Source: Macrostomum lignano (lineage: Eukaryota). From it: a DNA stretch of 64,000 nt. The notes under the pieces were generated by a model, which ran no database searches, was not told the origin of the DNA, and saw only the letters and a list, made by a program, of their open reading frames with translations. How positions within the stretch are numbered: position 1 is the stretch's first letter; each line of letters starts with the position of its first letter. Of this stretch, positions 13,281-26,500 are shown in pieces. The DNA is taken from assembly GCA_002269645.1 (NCBI GenBank), contig NIVC01000109.1, forward strand, positions 855,670-919,669. Direction: 5' to 3'. Both the position numbers and the translations under genes were made by a program.

Positions 13281-13739
13281 CTTACTAAAGAATTTGTGAA
13301 CGAAGGAAGGTTAAACCCGGGTCACTGATCGGTGTGAAAAAAATCGGCAGCGCAGAGATCATTGTGGCCAGCTAAGCACATGTAGTCAATGTAAGCTATT
13401 AGTTGGCCCAACCATTTGTCTTGTGTTTTTTAATATGTAAAATGTTGTTTTTTAGTCTTTTTATATCGATCGCTACAGTGATTTGATTGGGTAGAAACTA
13501 TTGTCAGTTAAGCAGGAAGTCTTCTCTTGTCTAGATTGCCCCTTCCTGATTCGGTATTGATATCGCATTGGGCCTGTTCACGCCGTTCTTAGCGCAACAA
13601 CATTGCTATGAAGTTATCAAAGCTTTTTTCATTATTGTTGTTAGTGCCGTTGTTTATTAGTCACCATTGTTCCTGCTTTTCTATTTTGTTCCATTGTTGT
13701 GAGCAATTAATATGCATGAGATACATCATCATGCCGTGA

Positions 13740-14110
13740 ATAATTTGGTGAACGCTGTTTATGAGTTGGTGAATGCCGTGAATGAGTTGAGGAATACCAT
13801 TAATTAGTTAGTGAATGCTGTGAATGAGTTGGTATATGCCATGAATGAGTTGGTGAATACCATGACTGAGTTGGTGAATACCGTGAATGAATTGGTGAAT
13901 ACCGTGAATGAATTGGTGAATACCGTGAATGAATTGGTGAATACCATGAATGTATTGATGAATGCCATAAATTAGTTGGTGAATACCATGAATGAGTTAG
14001 TGAATGCTGTGAATGAATAGGTGAATACCGTGAATGAGTTGGTGAATACCGTGAATGAGTTGGTGAATACCATGAATGAGTTGGTGAATGCGGTGAATAC
14101 TCGTAAGTTT
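13740..14110. repeat. 21-bp minisatellite (gtgaataccgtgaatgagttg)
   Basis: Tandem copies. Confidence 0.9.
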
Positions 14111-15127
14111 GTGAATGAGTTGTTGATTAATGATTAGCCAATCATCTCTCACTCGATAGCTCATTAGCTTCATGACTGTTACCATTGATTTCTTCAACTT
14201 GCAGTCTGGAATCCAGTTGCCAGCTGCAGTTCTGTTAGACTGCGCGCCCCTGGCTCACAGCGCAGTGCAAATTAAAAATATAAAATAAACCTATTATGCA
14301 TCATTTGCCGTTGGATTTACGCTACCCAGCGCATTGTGGAACAACTTTGTCGAAGCAGTCAGCATAATCCAAGATGTTTATTATTATTTCTGCCTTGGCT
14401 CTGACATGCTTTAAACTGCACTTGTACAGGCGGCATGGCCATTTTCCTGCACAGGTATATAAAGGAACCACAGAGATCATAGCTCTCCATTAGCAGTAGT
14501 ATGTTCCGTATATTTGCAACAGTTTTCAAGATACAAGTATGATACTATACTAAAAAAATAGGCATAAATGTAGTTATAGGTGTATACGAGTATATATTTG
14601 GAGCTGATTGACAAGGTAAATGATAAATTCATGCCAAAGCTTTACTGTTTTATACTACTTATATTCGAAAGTAGTATATAAAGCAGAAGGCCATATTTTC
14701 GAAGAAGTTAAAAGCTAACAGAAATCCTTCTTCAAAGAGATTTCTCATGCAATATAAATCCCGAAATTTGACAAAATAATGTAACCTGAATCTTATTTGT
14801 AAGAACTTTTTTATACACACGCGTAGTTTGTTGTTTAAAACAGTCGATTTGTCGAAAATATCGGGTACAAAACCTATCTAAAAATTCTTGTAACCTTTTT
14901 ATCTACCTACCTACCTATCTACATGCACCTACATATAACCTACATACCTACTTATCTAAATACATTTTACCTATCTACCTACCTAGGCATCTCCTATACT
15001 TTCCCACCAAATTAGAATTCAGTCAAATATAGCATTTGTATATTTGACCCTACAGCATGACTGTGGGTCTGTTAGAACATTTTTCCTAGCAGCTCCCTGT
15101 GGTTGCGTCATCCAATCCACCTCAGCG

Positions 15128-17815
15128 TCACTTCGCGCCCGCATCGGCTCCAGAGAGCATCGCCTTCACCGCCTTGTCAACCTTGGCCACCAGTTTCTCC
15201 TGCTTGCCAGCTGGCGACTCCGTCTTGGCCCGCAAGAAGTGCAGCAGCAGCTCCACCAGGGTGTCGGCCTGCTGCTGCCGGCCCTTCACCCGCGCGCAGG
15301 CCAGCAGGCTGAGAGTGGCTGGCGGCAGCGGCCGCTTGCTGATCCCGGCGAAGGCGCAGTCGGGGTCAAAGTAGGTCAGGACGCGGCTCTTGTCCAGCAG
15401 CAGCTCCAGGGTCTCCTCCAGGCGGCCGCAGAAATTCGCCCGAAAATACGCGGTGCCGTCGTCGGATTCAAAGCGGCGCAGCGACTCGCGGACGGAGCCG
15501 CAGGCCAGGAAGCTGAGCTGCGAGTCCGGGCGAGCGATCTCACCTTTGTCCAGGCTGAGCTGCTGGCCCACCTGCAGCAGGAACTTCACGATGCGGACGA
15601 GACGGAGCTTCGGATGGTCGGGACCTTCGGCTCCGGACAGCAGGGCGGCCTGCTCCTCCCTTGAATGGGTGGTTTTTGGGGGACAAAATTGAGATACAGT
15701 CGGGGTTAAGTTGGGATAAACTCGGTCATGAGCTCACTCATGAGCTCACTCATGAACTCACTCATTCACTCACTCCCTCATTCACTCACTCCCCCATTCA
15801 ATCACTCCCTCATTCACTTACTCACTCACTCACTCACTGACTCAATCCACAAACGCACTCATGAACTCACTCATGAACTCACTCATAAACTCACTCATAA
15901 ACGCACTCATGAACTCACTCATGAACTCACTCTTGAATTCACTCATGAACTCACTCATGAACTCACTCATGAAATCACTCATGAACTCACTCATGAACTC
16001 ACTCATGAACTCACTCATGAACTCACTCATGAACTCACTCATGAACTCACTCATGAACTCACTCATAAACTCACTCATGAACTCACTCATAAACTCACTC
16101 ATGAACTCAGTCATGAACTCAGTCATGAGATCATACCACAACAACATACCTAGCCAGGCACAGCATCCTTGGCTGGCTGAAGCCCAGCAGCAGGTGGCCA
16201 AACAATCCGCGGTCCCGGCTGGCCCCGAGCAGTTGGCAGGGAGCTCCGAAGAGCAGCCGCAGGGTGGCCGGCCGCACGCTGCCCGAGCTGGTGTGGCACA
16301 GAACTGGCAGAGTCGCCCGCTTCGGCGACCAGACCATCGCAGAGTCTCCGGCCCCGGCGTTGCAGCTTATGCGGCGACTCGAGTCCGGGCGCACCGGCGA
16401 CTCAGCCGAGTCTTGCAGCACCGCCGCGGCCGTGTTGGCAACGATTCGCTCGACTCCGCACACCAGCGCCTGGTGCACGTTGGTCTCGAATGGCACCCAG
16501 CCGGAGGAGGCGGCCGGCCGCAGCACCGTCTGCGAGATGCCGGCCGTGCCGCAGACGCAGAGCTTGTTGACACGCAGCCAGGCGGGCATGGAGATCACGT
16601 AGTCCAGGGTGGGCTGCGCACAGCGAAGGGCCGTCTCCTGAGCCCAGCTGCCGATCAGGGTGGGGCTGGAGTCCTGCCAGAGAGAAAAAGCAGTGAATCA
16701 CTTGCTCTGGCGCGATCGGCTCTGGATGACCGCGTCACTCTTAGCCCCTCCCTGCCCTAATTGATTGCACAGCCACCTCACTCCCCAGCTCCTCCCTGCC
16801 CCTCTTAATTTCACAGCCAGCCACCTCACTCCCCAGCTCCTCCCTGCCCCTCTTAATTTCACAGCCAGCCACCTCACTCCCCAGCTCCTCCCTGCCCCTC
16901 TTAATTGCACAACCAGCCGCCTCACTCCCCAGCTCCTCCCTTCCCCTCTTAATTGCACAACCAGCCGCCTCACTCCCCAGCTCCTCCCTTCCCCTCTTAA
17001 TTGCACAGCCAGCCACCTCACTCCCCAGCTCCTCCCTGCCCCTCTTAATTGCACAACCAGTCGCCTCACTCCCCAGCTCCTCCCTGCCCCTCTTAATTGC
17101 ACGGCCAGCCACCTCACTCCCCAGCTCCTCCCTGCCCCTCTTAATTGCACGGCCAGCCACCTCACTCCCCAGCTCCTCCCTGCCCCTCTTTACTACACAG
17201 CCATCTCACATCTCACTCATCACAGAGAACAGATAACAGACACAGTCGGCCAACCTTGAACAGCAAGGGCATCATCGGCGCCAGGTGATTGGCGCACAGT
17301 GTGTGCAGAAACTCGGTTGTCAAGTTGATCATCTCGTAGGCTTCGTCGCTGGCGTCGAACCCGAGCTCGCCCTCGCCTCCGGCCAAGTCATGCAGCCGCT
17401 GCACAATCGGCGTCATCGGGTTGAAGGCCATCGCCAGCAGGCGGCCCTGCTCACGACTGTTCAGAGTCGGGCCTTCGGCAGTCCCCGCCGCTGCCAGCTG
17501 CTGCTGGCCGGAGAGCAGCGGGCCGAGGTTCCAGTGCAGGCAGCCGTCATCTTCAGGCTGGCAGTTGGCGCAGAGCCGGCGCCCGACGCCCGGCTGGCTG
17601 AACCGCAGCAGCGCCGCGTGGCTTCGTGCCGCCTGCCTGACCGCATCGCCTTGAATTGCCGCCTCCTCCGCCTCCTCCTCGGGAGCAGCCGCCGCTTCTC
17701 TCTCTTCGTTCGGGCCACCGTTGGACGCCTGCAGGCGCTGCTTGAACGAGCTGGCCTCCTCTTTGATCTTGCCGACCAGCTTCGACATCTTCGTCGGCTG
17801 CCGCTGTTGCTGCAT
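15128..17815 (-). CDS. Mab-21/cGAS-like receptor (cGLR) fold protein, probably catalytically degenerate, ~538 aa
   Basis: Exons 17815-17255, 16673-16150, 15659-15128; GT-AG, phases 0 and 2, total 1617 nt. Motifs in Mab-21 order: LIGSWAQETALRCAQPTLDYVISM (GS...[E/D]hD strand), KRATLPVLC (VDlvPai equivalent), GHLLLG...RMLCLAREEQAALL (wrlSfs..E..ll), PKLRLVRIVKFLL (r..l.llK), LEETLELLLDKSRVLTYFDPDCAF (L..cL....l.hYF.P..nlf). Confidence 0.7.
15725..16125. repeat. 12-bp minisatellite (actcactcatga) in intron 2 of the Mab-21-like gene
   Basis: Tandem copies between the splice sites at 15660 and 16149. Confidence 0.95.
16745..17190. repeat. 48-bp minisatellite in intron 1 of the Mab-21-like gene
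   Basis: Period 48 (e.g. 16771 to 16819), about 9 copies. Confidence 0.95.
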
Positions 17816-18254
17816 TTTCAATTCTGCCGTTCTACGGTTTCCGTTTTCCTTCTCTCTCTCTTTCTTGGCCTGTTTTCATGCCGCACCCCTCACTGCTTTT
17901 ATATTTCTTCTTATCGAGCCAGCGGCCTGTTCTGCACGCGATCTTCTTCTCTTCAATTTCTGCCCCCCCCCCGCCCCCACCCCGGCTAAGTACACAAGAG
18001 AGCCTGAATTCAATCTAGTGCCTTCACTCGTCCGAAGGCGTGCGTGACCAAGCCTTAAAACCCTCTATGTAGCTGCTTTTGGGGGGGGGGGGTGCAGCAG
18101 TGTTTCTGCTGTGTTCTCACTGCGGTGCCCTGCCATGCGCAGGGGGCGGGAATGAAGCATTGGTGCAGCAATGAATACCATCGGAAGACTCTATTCTGCT
18201 GTGAGATATATAAATAGCTATTGTGACTACAAATTTATTAATTTGTACGAGTCC

Positions 18255-19075
18255 ATGGCATCTCTACATGAGCCATGGCATCTCTACATGAGCCATGGCA
18301 TCTCTACATGAGCCATGGCATCTCTACATGAGCCATGGCATCTCTAAATGATCCATGACATCTCTACATGAGCCATGGCATCTCTACATGGGCCATGGCA
18401 TCTCTAAATGATCCACGACATCTCTACATGAGCCATGGCATCTCTACATGAGCCATGGCATCTCTAAATGATCCATGACATCTCTACATGAGCCATGGTA
18501 TCTCTACATGAGCCATGGCATCTCTACATGAGCCACGACATCTCTACATGAGCCATGGCATCTCTACATGAGCCATGGCATCTCTAAATGATTCATGACA
18601 TCTCTACATGAGCCATGGCATCTCTACATGAGCCATGGCATCTCTAAATGATCCATGACATCTCTAAATGATCCACGACATCTCTACATGAGCCACGACA
18701 TCTCTACATGAGCCACGACATCTCTACATGAGCCATGGCATCTCTACATGAGCCATGGCATCTCTACATGAGCCATGGCATCTCTACATGAGCCATGGCA
18801 TCTCTACATGAGCAATGGCATCTCTACATGAGCCATGGTATCTCAGCAACACGCCATTGAGCCATGACATCTCTACATGAGCATGGCATCTCGGCAACAC
18901 CCCATTGAGCCATGACATCTCTACATGAGCCATGGCATCTCGGCAACACCCCATTGAGCCATGACATCTCTACATGAGCCATGGCATCTCTACATGAGCC
19001 ATGGCATCTCTACATGAGCCATGGCATCTCTACATGAGCCATGGCATCTCAGCAACACCCCATTGAGCCATGACA
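18255..19075. repeat. 20-bp intergenic minisatellite (gagccatggcatctctacat)
   Basis: Tandem copies between the divergently transcribed Mab-21-like and innexin genes. Confidence 0.95.
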
Positions 19076-19378
19076 TCCCAGCAACTCTCCATGCGCTAAA
19101 ATGTTATTCAACCAAATACCAAAAAGTATCTTTTTCGAGTGCGTTTCCAGTTGATCGGCTACTTACTAAATAAGCCTCAGTATATGCAAACCAACTGTGA
19201 ACTGAAGCAGTCCAAGATTTTGTTACTTTGCCACAGGGTTTTGTCACCTCTTTCCTGTTGTTTGCTCAACTCATAAGTTGCTACGTGACCACCGCACGGG
19301 GCTGAATAAGTTTTAGTCTCGGTGGCTCGAGTTTTCCTATGCTGCTCAACAAACAAGGCTTGGAAGCTTTGAAGAAAG

Positions 19379-22300
19379 ATGAAGGTGTTCGAATTTTTTG
19401 AGTATATTCGCACATTTGGCCTTCTATCGTCGGTCGGGCTGCTTGACTTGGGCGATCGGGTCACCTTCCTGCTCAGCGCCATCGTGCTGCTGGTGTGCAG
19501 TCTGGTGATCGGCGCCAAGGAGTACTTCACCAAGTCCATATCCTGCATGCTGCTGCACAAGTTCATCACCCCATTCACCATGATGGACGCGCAGATGATC
19601 GAGAGCTACTGCTGGGTGACCGGAGTTTACCCGCTGCGCATGACCGAGCCGCTGCCGGATGTCAGCGACGAGTGGCTGCTCAAGCATCCAACCATTATTC
19701 GTGAGTTGACCGCCTAGGAGAGGAGGCTGGGGATTGAGTAGAGAAGAGAAGAGGAGAGGAGAAGAGATGAGATGAGAGGAGAGGAGAAGAGGAGAGGAGA
19801 AGAGATGAGATGAGAGGAGAGGAGAAGAGAAGAGATTAGAGGAGAGGAGAAGAGAGGAGAGGAGAGGAGAGGAGAGCAAAGCAGAGGAGAGCAAAGCAGA
19901 GGAGAGCAAAGCAGAGGAGAGCAAAGCAGAGGAGAGCAAAGCAGAGGAAAGCAAAGCAGAGGAGAGCAAAGCAGAGGAGAGCAAAGCAGAGGAGAGCAAA
20001 GCAGAGGAAAGCAAAGCAGAGGAGAGCAAAGCAGAGGAGAGCAAAGCAGAGGAGAGCAAAGCAGAGGAGAGCAAAGCAGAGGAGAGCAAAGCAGAGGAGA
20101 GCAAAGCAGAGGAGAGCAAAGCAGAGGAGAGCAAAGCAGAGGAGAGCAAAGCAGAGGAGAGCAAAGCAGAGGAGAGCAAAGCAGAGGAGAGCAAAGCAGA
20201 GGAGAGCAAAGCAGAGGAGAGCAAAGCAGAGGAGAGCAAAGCAGAGGAGAGCAAAGCAGAGGAGAGCAAAGCAGAGGAGAGCAAAGCAGAGAAGAGCAAA
20301 GCAGAGGAGACCAGGGTTCATACCAGTCTGCACACTGCTAGACTAGTGATATATGTAAAATCAGGTAAACTAACCCAATAAACAGCCGCCGCACTTCCGA
20401 CTTCACCAACCGATCCCTCCGCAGGTTATTACCTGTGGGTGCCGCTGCTACTTGCGCTGCAGGCTCTGCTGTGCTACCTGCCGAAAGCGCTGTTTGATTT
20501 GATCTGCTTCAGCCGCTCAGCTTACTGCTTGAGCTTCATCGCTGTCTCCGCCCGGGAGGCGTCGCTGCTGTCGCCAGCCAGACGGGCGGAGAGAGTCGAC
20601 GAGCTGGCGACTTGCCTGGCCGACCTGCTGGTGGCGTCGCGGGAGTACCGGCAAGGCCGGGCGGTCAAGTGGGCCACCGCGGTGCACCGCTGCCTTCCGT
20701 GGTGCCCCATCAGCAAGAGATTCGGTAACTACACCTTTGTGATGTACCTGGTAACCAAACTGGCGGGCCTGGCAGTCTTGCTGTTGCAGCTGGAGCTGAT
20801 GAGGCAGTTTCTCGGCTTCCAGTCTTTGTCGTATGGCGCCGAACTGATGCGAAATATCACTATGGGACTGGACTGGGAGATCACCATGGTGCTGCCCAGG
20901 TAAGCACTACTCTATGCCCAGGTGTGTGTGTGTGTGTGTGTGTTTGAGTGAGTGAGTGAGTGAGTGAGTGAGTGAGTGTGTGAGTGAGTGAGTGAATGAG
21001 TGAGTGCGTGAGTGAGTGAGTGAGTGAGTGAGTGAGTGAGTGAGTGAGTGAGTGAGTGAGTGAGTGAGTGAGTGCGTGAGTGAGTGAGTGAGTGAGTGAG
21101 TGAGTGAGTGAGTGAGTGAGTGAGTGAGTGAGTGAGTGAGTGCGTGATTGAGTGAGTGAGTGAGTGAGTGAGTGAGTGAGTGAGTGCGTGAGTGAGTGAG
21201 TGCGTGAGTGTGTGAGTGCGTGAGTGAGTGAGTGAGTGAGTGCGTGAGTGAGTGAGTGAGTGAGTGAGTGAGTGAGTGAGTGCGTGATTGAGTGAGTGAG
21301 TGAGTGAGTGAGTGAGTGAGTGAGTGAGTGAGTGCGTGAGTGAGTGAGTGAGTGAGTGAGTGAGTGAGTGCGTGAGTGAGTGAGTGAGTGAGTGAGTGCG
21401 TGAGTGAGTGAGTGAGTGAGTGAGTGAGTGAGTGAGTGAGTGAGTGAGTGAGTGAGTGAGTGAGTGAGTGAGTGAGTGAGTGAGTGAGTGAGTGAGTGAG
21501 TGAGTGAGTGAGTGAGTGAGTGAGTGAGTGAGTGTGTGAGTGAGTGAGTGAATGAGTGAGTGCGTGAGTGAGTGAGTGAGTGAGTGAGTGAGTGAGTGAG
21601 TGAGTGAGTGAGTGAGTGAGTGAGTGCGTGAGTGAGTGAGTGAGTGAGCGAGTGAGTGAGTGAGTGAGTGAGTGAGTGAGTGAGTGCGTGATTGAGTGAG
21701 TGAGTGAGTGAGTGAGTGAGTGAGTGAGTGCGTGAGTGAGTGAGTGCGTGAGTGTGTGAGTGCGTGAGTGAGTGAGTGAGTGAGTGAGTGCGTGAGTGAG
21801 TGAGTGAGTGAGTGAGTGAGTGCGTGCGTGATTGAGTGAGTGAGTGAGTGAGTGAGTGAGTGAGTGAGTGAGTGCGTGAGTGGGTGAGTGAGTGAGTGAG
21901 TGCGTGAGTGAGTGAGTGAGTGAGTGAGTGAGTGCGTGAGTGAGTGAGTGCGTGAGTGAGTGAGTGAGTGAGTGAGTGAGTGAGTGAGTGAGTGTGTGAG
22001 TGAGTGTGTGTGTTTTAGTCTGTGCGCTAGTTGATGTGTGTCTTTGTGCAATGTCTGTTCGAGCTCATATCCCATTTGTACTGAACAAATTACCTGCATA
22101 TACCTGGTGTATTTTCTAATTAAAAAACGACATTCCAGGCTCGGCGCATGCCGCTTCTCTTTCCCCGACCGAACCAGCGTAATCAGCGTCACTCCCTACT
22201 GCACCATCAGCTCCAACATTTTCACCGAGAAGGTGTACATCATCCTGTGGTTCTACTTTGTCCTGGCTGCCATTGTTAACTCAGCCAGCATACTGCTCTG

Positions 22301-23383
22301 GCTTAGAAGATTTCTACTCACCCGAAGCAGGTGCCAGTGTCTCAGATCGCTGATCAGAGGCTGCGGATGCCCCGGAACCGATCAAGACGAGGTTCGTTTA
22401 CGAGTATTTAATTGACTGAGCTCATTATCGCCTGAAGTGTTCGCCGGGTTTTTATTGCCTTCTATCTAGATGTACAATTGCACACTCGATGGCAATCACG
22501 TGACTCTCTGCTGGTAAAAAATGTACAGTCTCTCTCGTCTTCCTTCAGTACACTATCGGATCACGTGATTTCTAAGCCTATGCACATCTCCGCCTTGTAT
22601 TCAACTGTACAGTCTGGAACATCACGTGATTTAGTATTGAGTGCGGTCGCATGCTCTTAATGATCACGTGATTATACGTTTACTGAAGCCTCTCGTCACC
22701 CACTTAAAGAATTTAAAGTGTAGACTGTTATATACATACCATCTATATCTTATTAAGTATCACTGCAGTCTTACTACAGTTTCTAGAGTACAGGATACTT
22801 GAGTACATAAGATTCCCATTGAGTACAGAAGATTTGCGTTGAGTACAGAAGATTTACATTGAGTACAGATGATTTAGATTGAGTACAGAAGATTTACATT
22901 GAGTACAGATGATTTAAATTGAGTACAGAAGATTTACATTGAGTATAAATGATTCCCATTGAGTACAGAAGATTCCCATTGAGTACAGAAGATTCCCATT
23001 GAGTACAGAAGATTCCCATTGAGTACAGAAGATTCCCATTGAGTACAGAAGATTCCCATTGAGTACAGAAGATTCCCATTAAGTACAGAAGATTCCCATT
23101 GAGTACAGATAATTCCCATTGAGTAGATTTCCACAGAGCCCCCAACCACGAATTGCAGACTTGGCTGGAGCGGTTCGAATTTGAGTTCATCCGCATTGAC
23201 GGGCTGTTTTTTCTGTGGATGATCCGCCTGAACTGCGGCCACATTGTCACTGGCGAAATTGTGCGCAAAATTTTCTGTGATTTTGTGCGCAAGATGGAGC
23301 GCAGCGGCGGCAGCGGTGGGGCGCGAGGAGCGGAAGCTTCACTTACTGACTCTACAGTTGCTACAGAGCAATATCACCTGTGA
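19379..23383 (+). CDS. Innexin (gap-junction/hemichannel protein), divergent, ~424 aa
   Basis: Exons 19379-19700, 20425-20899, 22139-22391, 23159-23383; total 1275 nt, in frame. DLGDRVT N-terminal motif, ISC...ESYCW (EL1 cysteines), YYLWVP (canonical YYQWVP), LPRLGAC...[21 protein letters not shown] (EL2/TM4), [15 protein letters not shown]. The exon 3/4 junction is the least certain. Confidence 0.9.
19740..20310. repeat. Purine-rich repeat, mostly 15-bp gaggagagcaaagca, in innexin intron 1
   Basis: Tandem copies. Confidence 0.95.
20922..22015. repeat. (GAGT)n microsatellite in innexin intron 2
   Basis: About 1.1 kb of tetranucleotide repeat. Confidence 0.97.
22800..23125. repeat. 20-bp minisatellite (attgagtacagaagattccc) in innexin intron 3
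   Basis: Tandem copies. Confidence 0.93.
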
Positions 23384-23599
23384 ACTCTGCTGCTGTCACA
23401 GCTCTTTTTGTGTCTCATTTTCTAACACGCTTGTCTCCAATATTCTATCGTGAACTTTTACATTTTTGTACGATCGAAGCGCTACAAACCGAATGTCTCA
23501 TTTTCCGGAATTAACTAATTCTAGCCAGTATGTGATTTTTCTAACTCTTGAAAGCTGAGAAATGATTTCTGAGTTGAATTCAGTTGCCAGGCAACAGTG

Positions 23600-26500
23600 G
23601 CTTTAGCACCAAGGGGCTTTAGCACCAAGGGGCTTTAGCACCCGGGGCTTTAGCACCGAGGGTCTTTAGCACCAAGTGGCTATAGCACCAGGGGCTTTAG
23701 CACCAAGGGGCTTTAGCACCAAGGGGCTTTAGCACCAAGGGGCTTTAGCACCAAGGGGCTTTAGCACCAAGGGGCTTTAGCACCCGGGGCTTTAGCACCG
23801 AGGGTCTTTAGCACCAAGTGGCTATAGCACCAGGGGCTTTAGCACCAAGGGGCTTTAGCACCAAGGGGCTTTAGCACCCGGGGCTTTAGCACCGAGGGTC
23901 TTTAACACCAAGGGGCTTTAGCACCAAGGGGCTTTAGCACCCGGGGCTTTAGCACCAAGGGGCTTTAACACCAAGGGGCTTTAGCACCAAGGGGCTTTAG
24001 CACCAAGGGGCTTTAGCACCAAGGGGCTTTAGCACCAAGGGGCTTTAGCACCAAGGGGCTTTAGCACCAAGGGGCTTTAGCACCAAGGGGCTTTAGCACC
24101 AAGGGGCTTTAGCACCAAGGGGCTTTAGCACCAAGGGGCTTTAGCACCAAGGGGCTTTAGCACCAAGGGGCTTTAGCACCAAGGGGCTTTAGCACCAAGG
24201 GCTTTAGCACCAAGGGGCTTTAGCACCAAGGGGCTTTAGCACCAAGGGGCTTTAGCACCAAGGGGCTTTAGCACCAAGGGGCTTTAGCACCAAGGGGCTT
24301 TAGCACCAAGGGGCTTTAGCACCAAGGGGCTTTAGCACCAAGGGGCTTTAGCACCAAGGGGCTTTAGCACCAAGGGGCTTTAGCACCAAGGGGCTTTAGC
24401 ACCAAGGGGCTTTAGCACCAAGGGGCTTTAGCACCAAGGGGCTTTAGCACCAAGGGGCTTTAGCACCAAGGGGCTTTAGCACCAAGGGGCTTTAGCACCA
24501 AGGGGCTTTAGCACCAAGGGGCTTTAGCACCAAGGGGCTTTAGCACCAAGGGGCTTTAGCACCAAGGGGCTTTAGCACCAAGGGGCTTTAGCACCAAGGG
24601 GCTTTAGCACCAAGGGGCTTTAGCACCAAGGGGCTTTAGCACCAAGGGGCTTTAGCACCAAGGGGCTTTAGCACCAAGGGGCTTTAGCACCAAGGGGCTT
24701 TAGCACCAAGGGGCTTTAGCACCAAGGGGCTTTAGCACCAAGGGGCTTTAGCACCAAGGGGCTTTAGCACCAAGGGGCTTTAGCACCAAGGGGCTTTAGC
24801 ACCAAGGGGCTTTAGCACCAAGGGGCTTTAGCACCAAGGGGCTTTAGCACCAAGGGGCTTTAGCACCAAGGGGCTTTAGCACCAAGGGGCTTTAGCACCA
24901 AGGGGCTTTAGCACCAAGGGGCTTTAGCACCAAGGGGCTTTAGCACCAAGGGGCTTTAGCACCAAGGGGCTTTAGCACCAAGGGGCTTTAGCACCAAGGG
25001 GCTTTAGCACCAAGGGGCTTTAGCACCAAGGGGCTTTAGCACCAAGGGGCTTTAGCACCAAGGGGCTTTAGCACCAAGGGGCTTTAGCACCAAGGGGCTT
25101 TAGCACCAAGGGGCTTTAGCACCAAGGGGCTTTAGCACCAAGGGGCTTTAGCACCAAGGGGCTTTAGCACCAAGGGGCTTTAGCACCAAGGGGCTTTAGC
25201 ACCAAGGGGCTTTAGCACCAAGGGGCTTTAGCACCAAGGGGCTTTAGCACCAAGGGGCTTTAGCACCAAGGGGCTTTAGCACCAAGGGGCTTTAGCACCA
25301 AGGGGCTTTAGCACCAAGGGGCTTTAGCACCAAGGGGCTTTAGCACCAAGGGGCTTTAGCACCAAGGGGCTTTAGCACCAAGGGGCTTTAGCACCAAGGG
25401 GCTTTAGCACCAAGGGGCTTTAGCACCAAGGGGCTTTAGCACCAAGGGGCTTTAGCACCAAGGGGCTTTAGCACCAAGGGGCTTTAGCACCAAGGGGCTT
25501 TAGCACCAAGGGGCTTTAGCACCAAGGGGCTTTAGCACCAAGGGGCTTTAGCACCAAGGGGCTTTAGCACCAAGGGGCTTTAGCACCAAGGGGCTTTAGC
25601 ACCAAGGGGCTTTAGCACCAAGGGGCTTTAGCACCAAGGGGCTTTAGCACCAAGGGGCTTTAGCACCAAGGGGCTTTAGCACCAAGGGGCTTTAGCACCA
25701 AGGGGCTTTAGCACCAAGGGGCTTTAGCACCAAGGGGCTTTAGCACCAAGGGGCTTTAGCACCAAGGGGCTTTAGCACCAAGGGGCTTTAGCACCAAGGG
25801 GCTTTAGCACCAAGGGGCTTTAGCACCAAGGGGCTTTAGCACCAAGGGGCTTTAGCACCAAGGGGCTTTAGCACCAAGGGGCTTTAGCACCAAGGGGCTT
25901 TAGCACCAAGGGGCTTTAGCACCAAGGGGCTTTAGCACCAAGGGGCTTTAGCACCAAGGGGCTTTAGCACCAAGGGGCTTTAGCACCAAGGGGCTTTAGC
26001 ACCAAGGGGCTTTAGCACCAAGGGGCTTTAGCACCAAGGGGCTTTAGCACCAAGGGGCTTTAGCACCAAGGGGCTTTAGCACCAAGGGGCTTTAGCACCA
26101 AGGGGCTTTAGCACCAAGGGGCTTTAGCACCAAGGGGCTTTAGCACCAAGGGGCTTTAGCACCAAGGGGCTTTAGCACCAAGGGGCTTTAGCACCAAGGG
26201 GCTTTAGCACCAAGGGGCTTTAGCACCAAGGGGCTTTAGCACCAAGGGGCTTTAGCACCAAGGGGCTTTAGCACCAAGGGGCTTTAGCACCAAGGGGCTT
26301 TAGCACCAAGGGGCTTTAGCACCAAGGGGCTTTAGCACCAAGGGGCTTTAGCACCAAGGGGCTTTAGCACCAAGGGGCTTTAGCACCAGCTTTAGCACCA
26401 AGGGCTTTAGCACCAAGGGGCTTTAGCACCAAGGGGCTTTAGCACCAAGGGGCTTTAGCACCAAGGGGCTTTAGCACCAAGGGGCTTTAGCACCAAGGGG

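Noticed and set aside
19424-22192. [10 protein letters not shown] and THSL repeat ORFs on the minus strand
   Set aside because: Translations of intronic micro- and minisatellites of the innexin gene.
22330-23137. Alternative innexin junction (donor 22330, acceptor 23136)
   Set aside because: In frame, but the 22391/23159 junction gives a more typical post-TM4 length; unresolved without cDNA.
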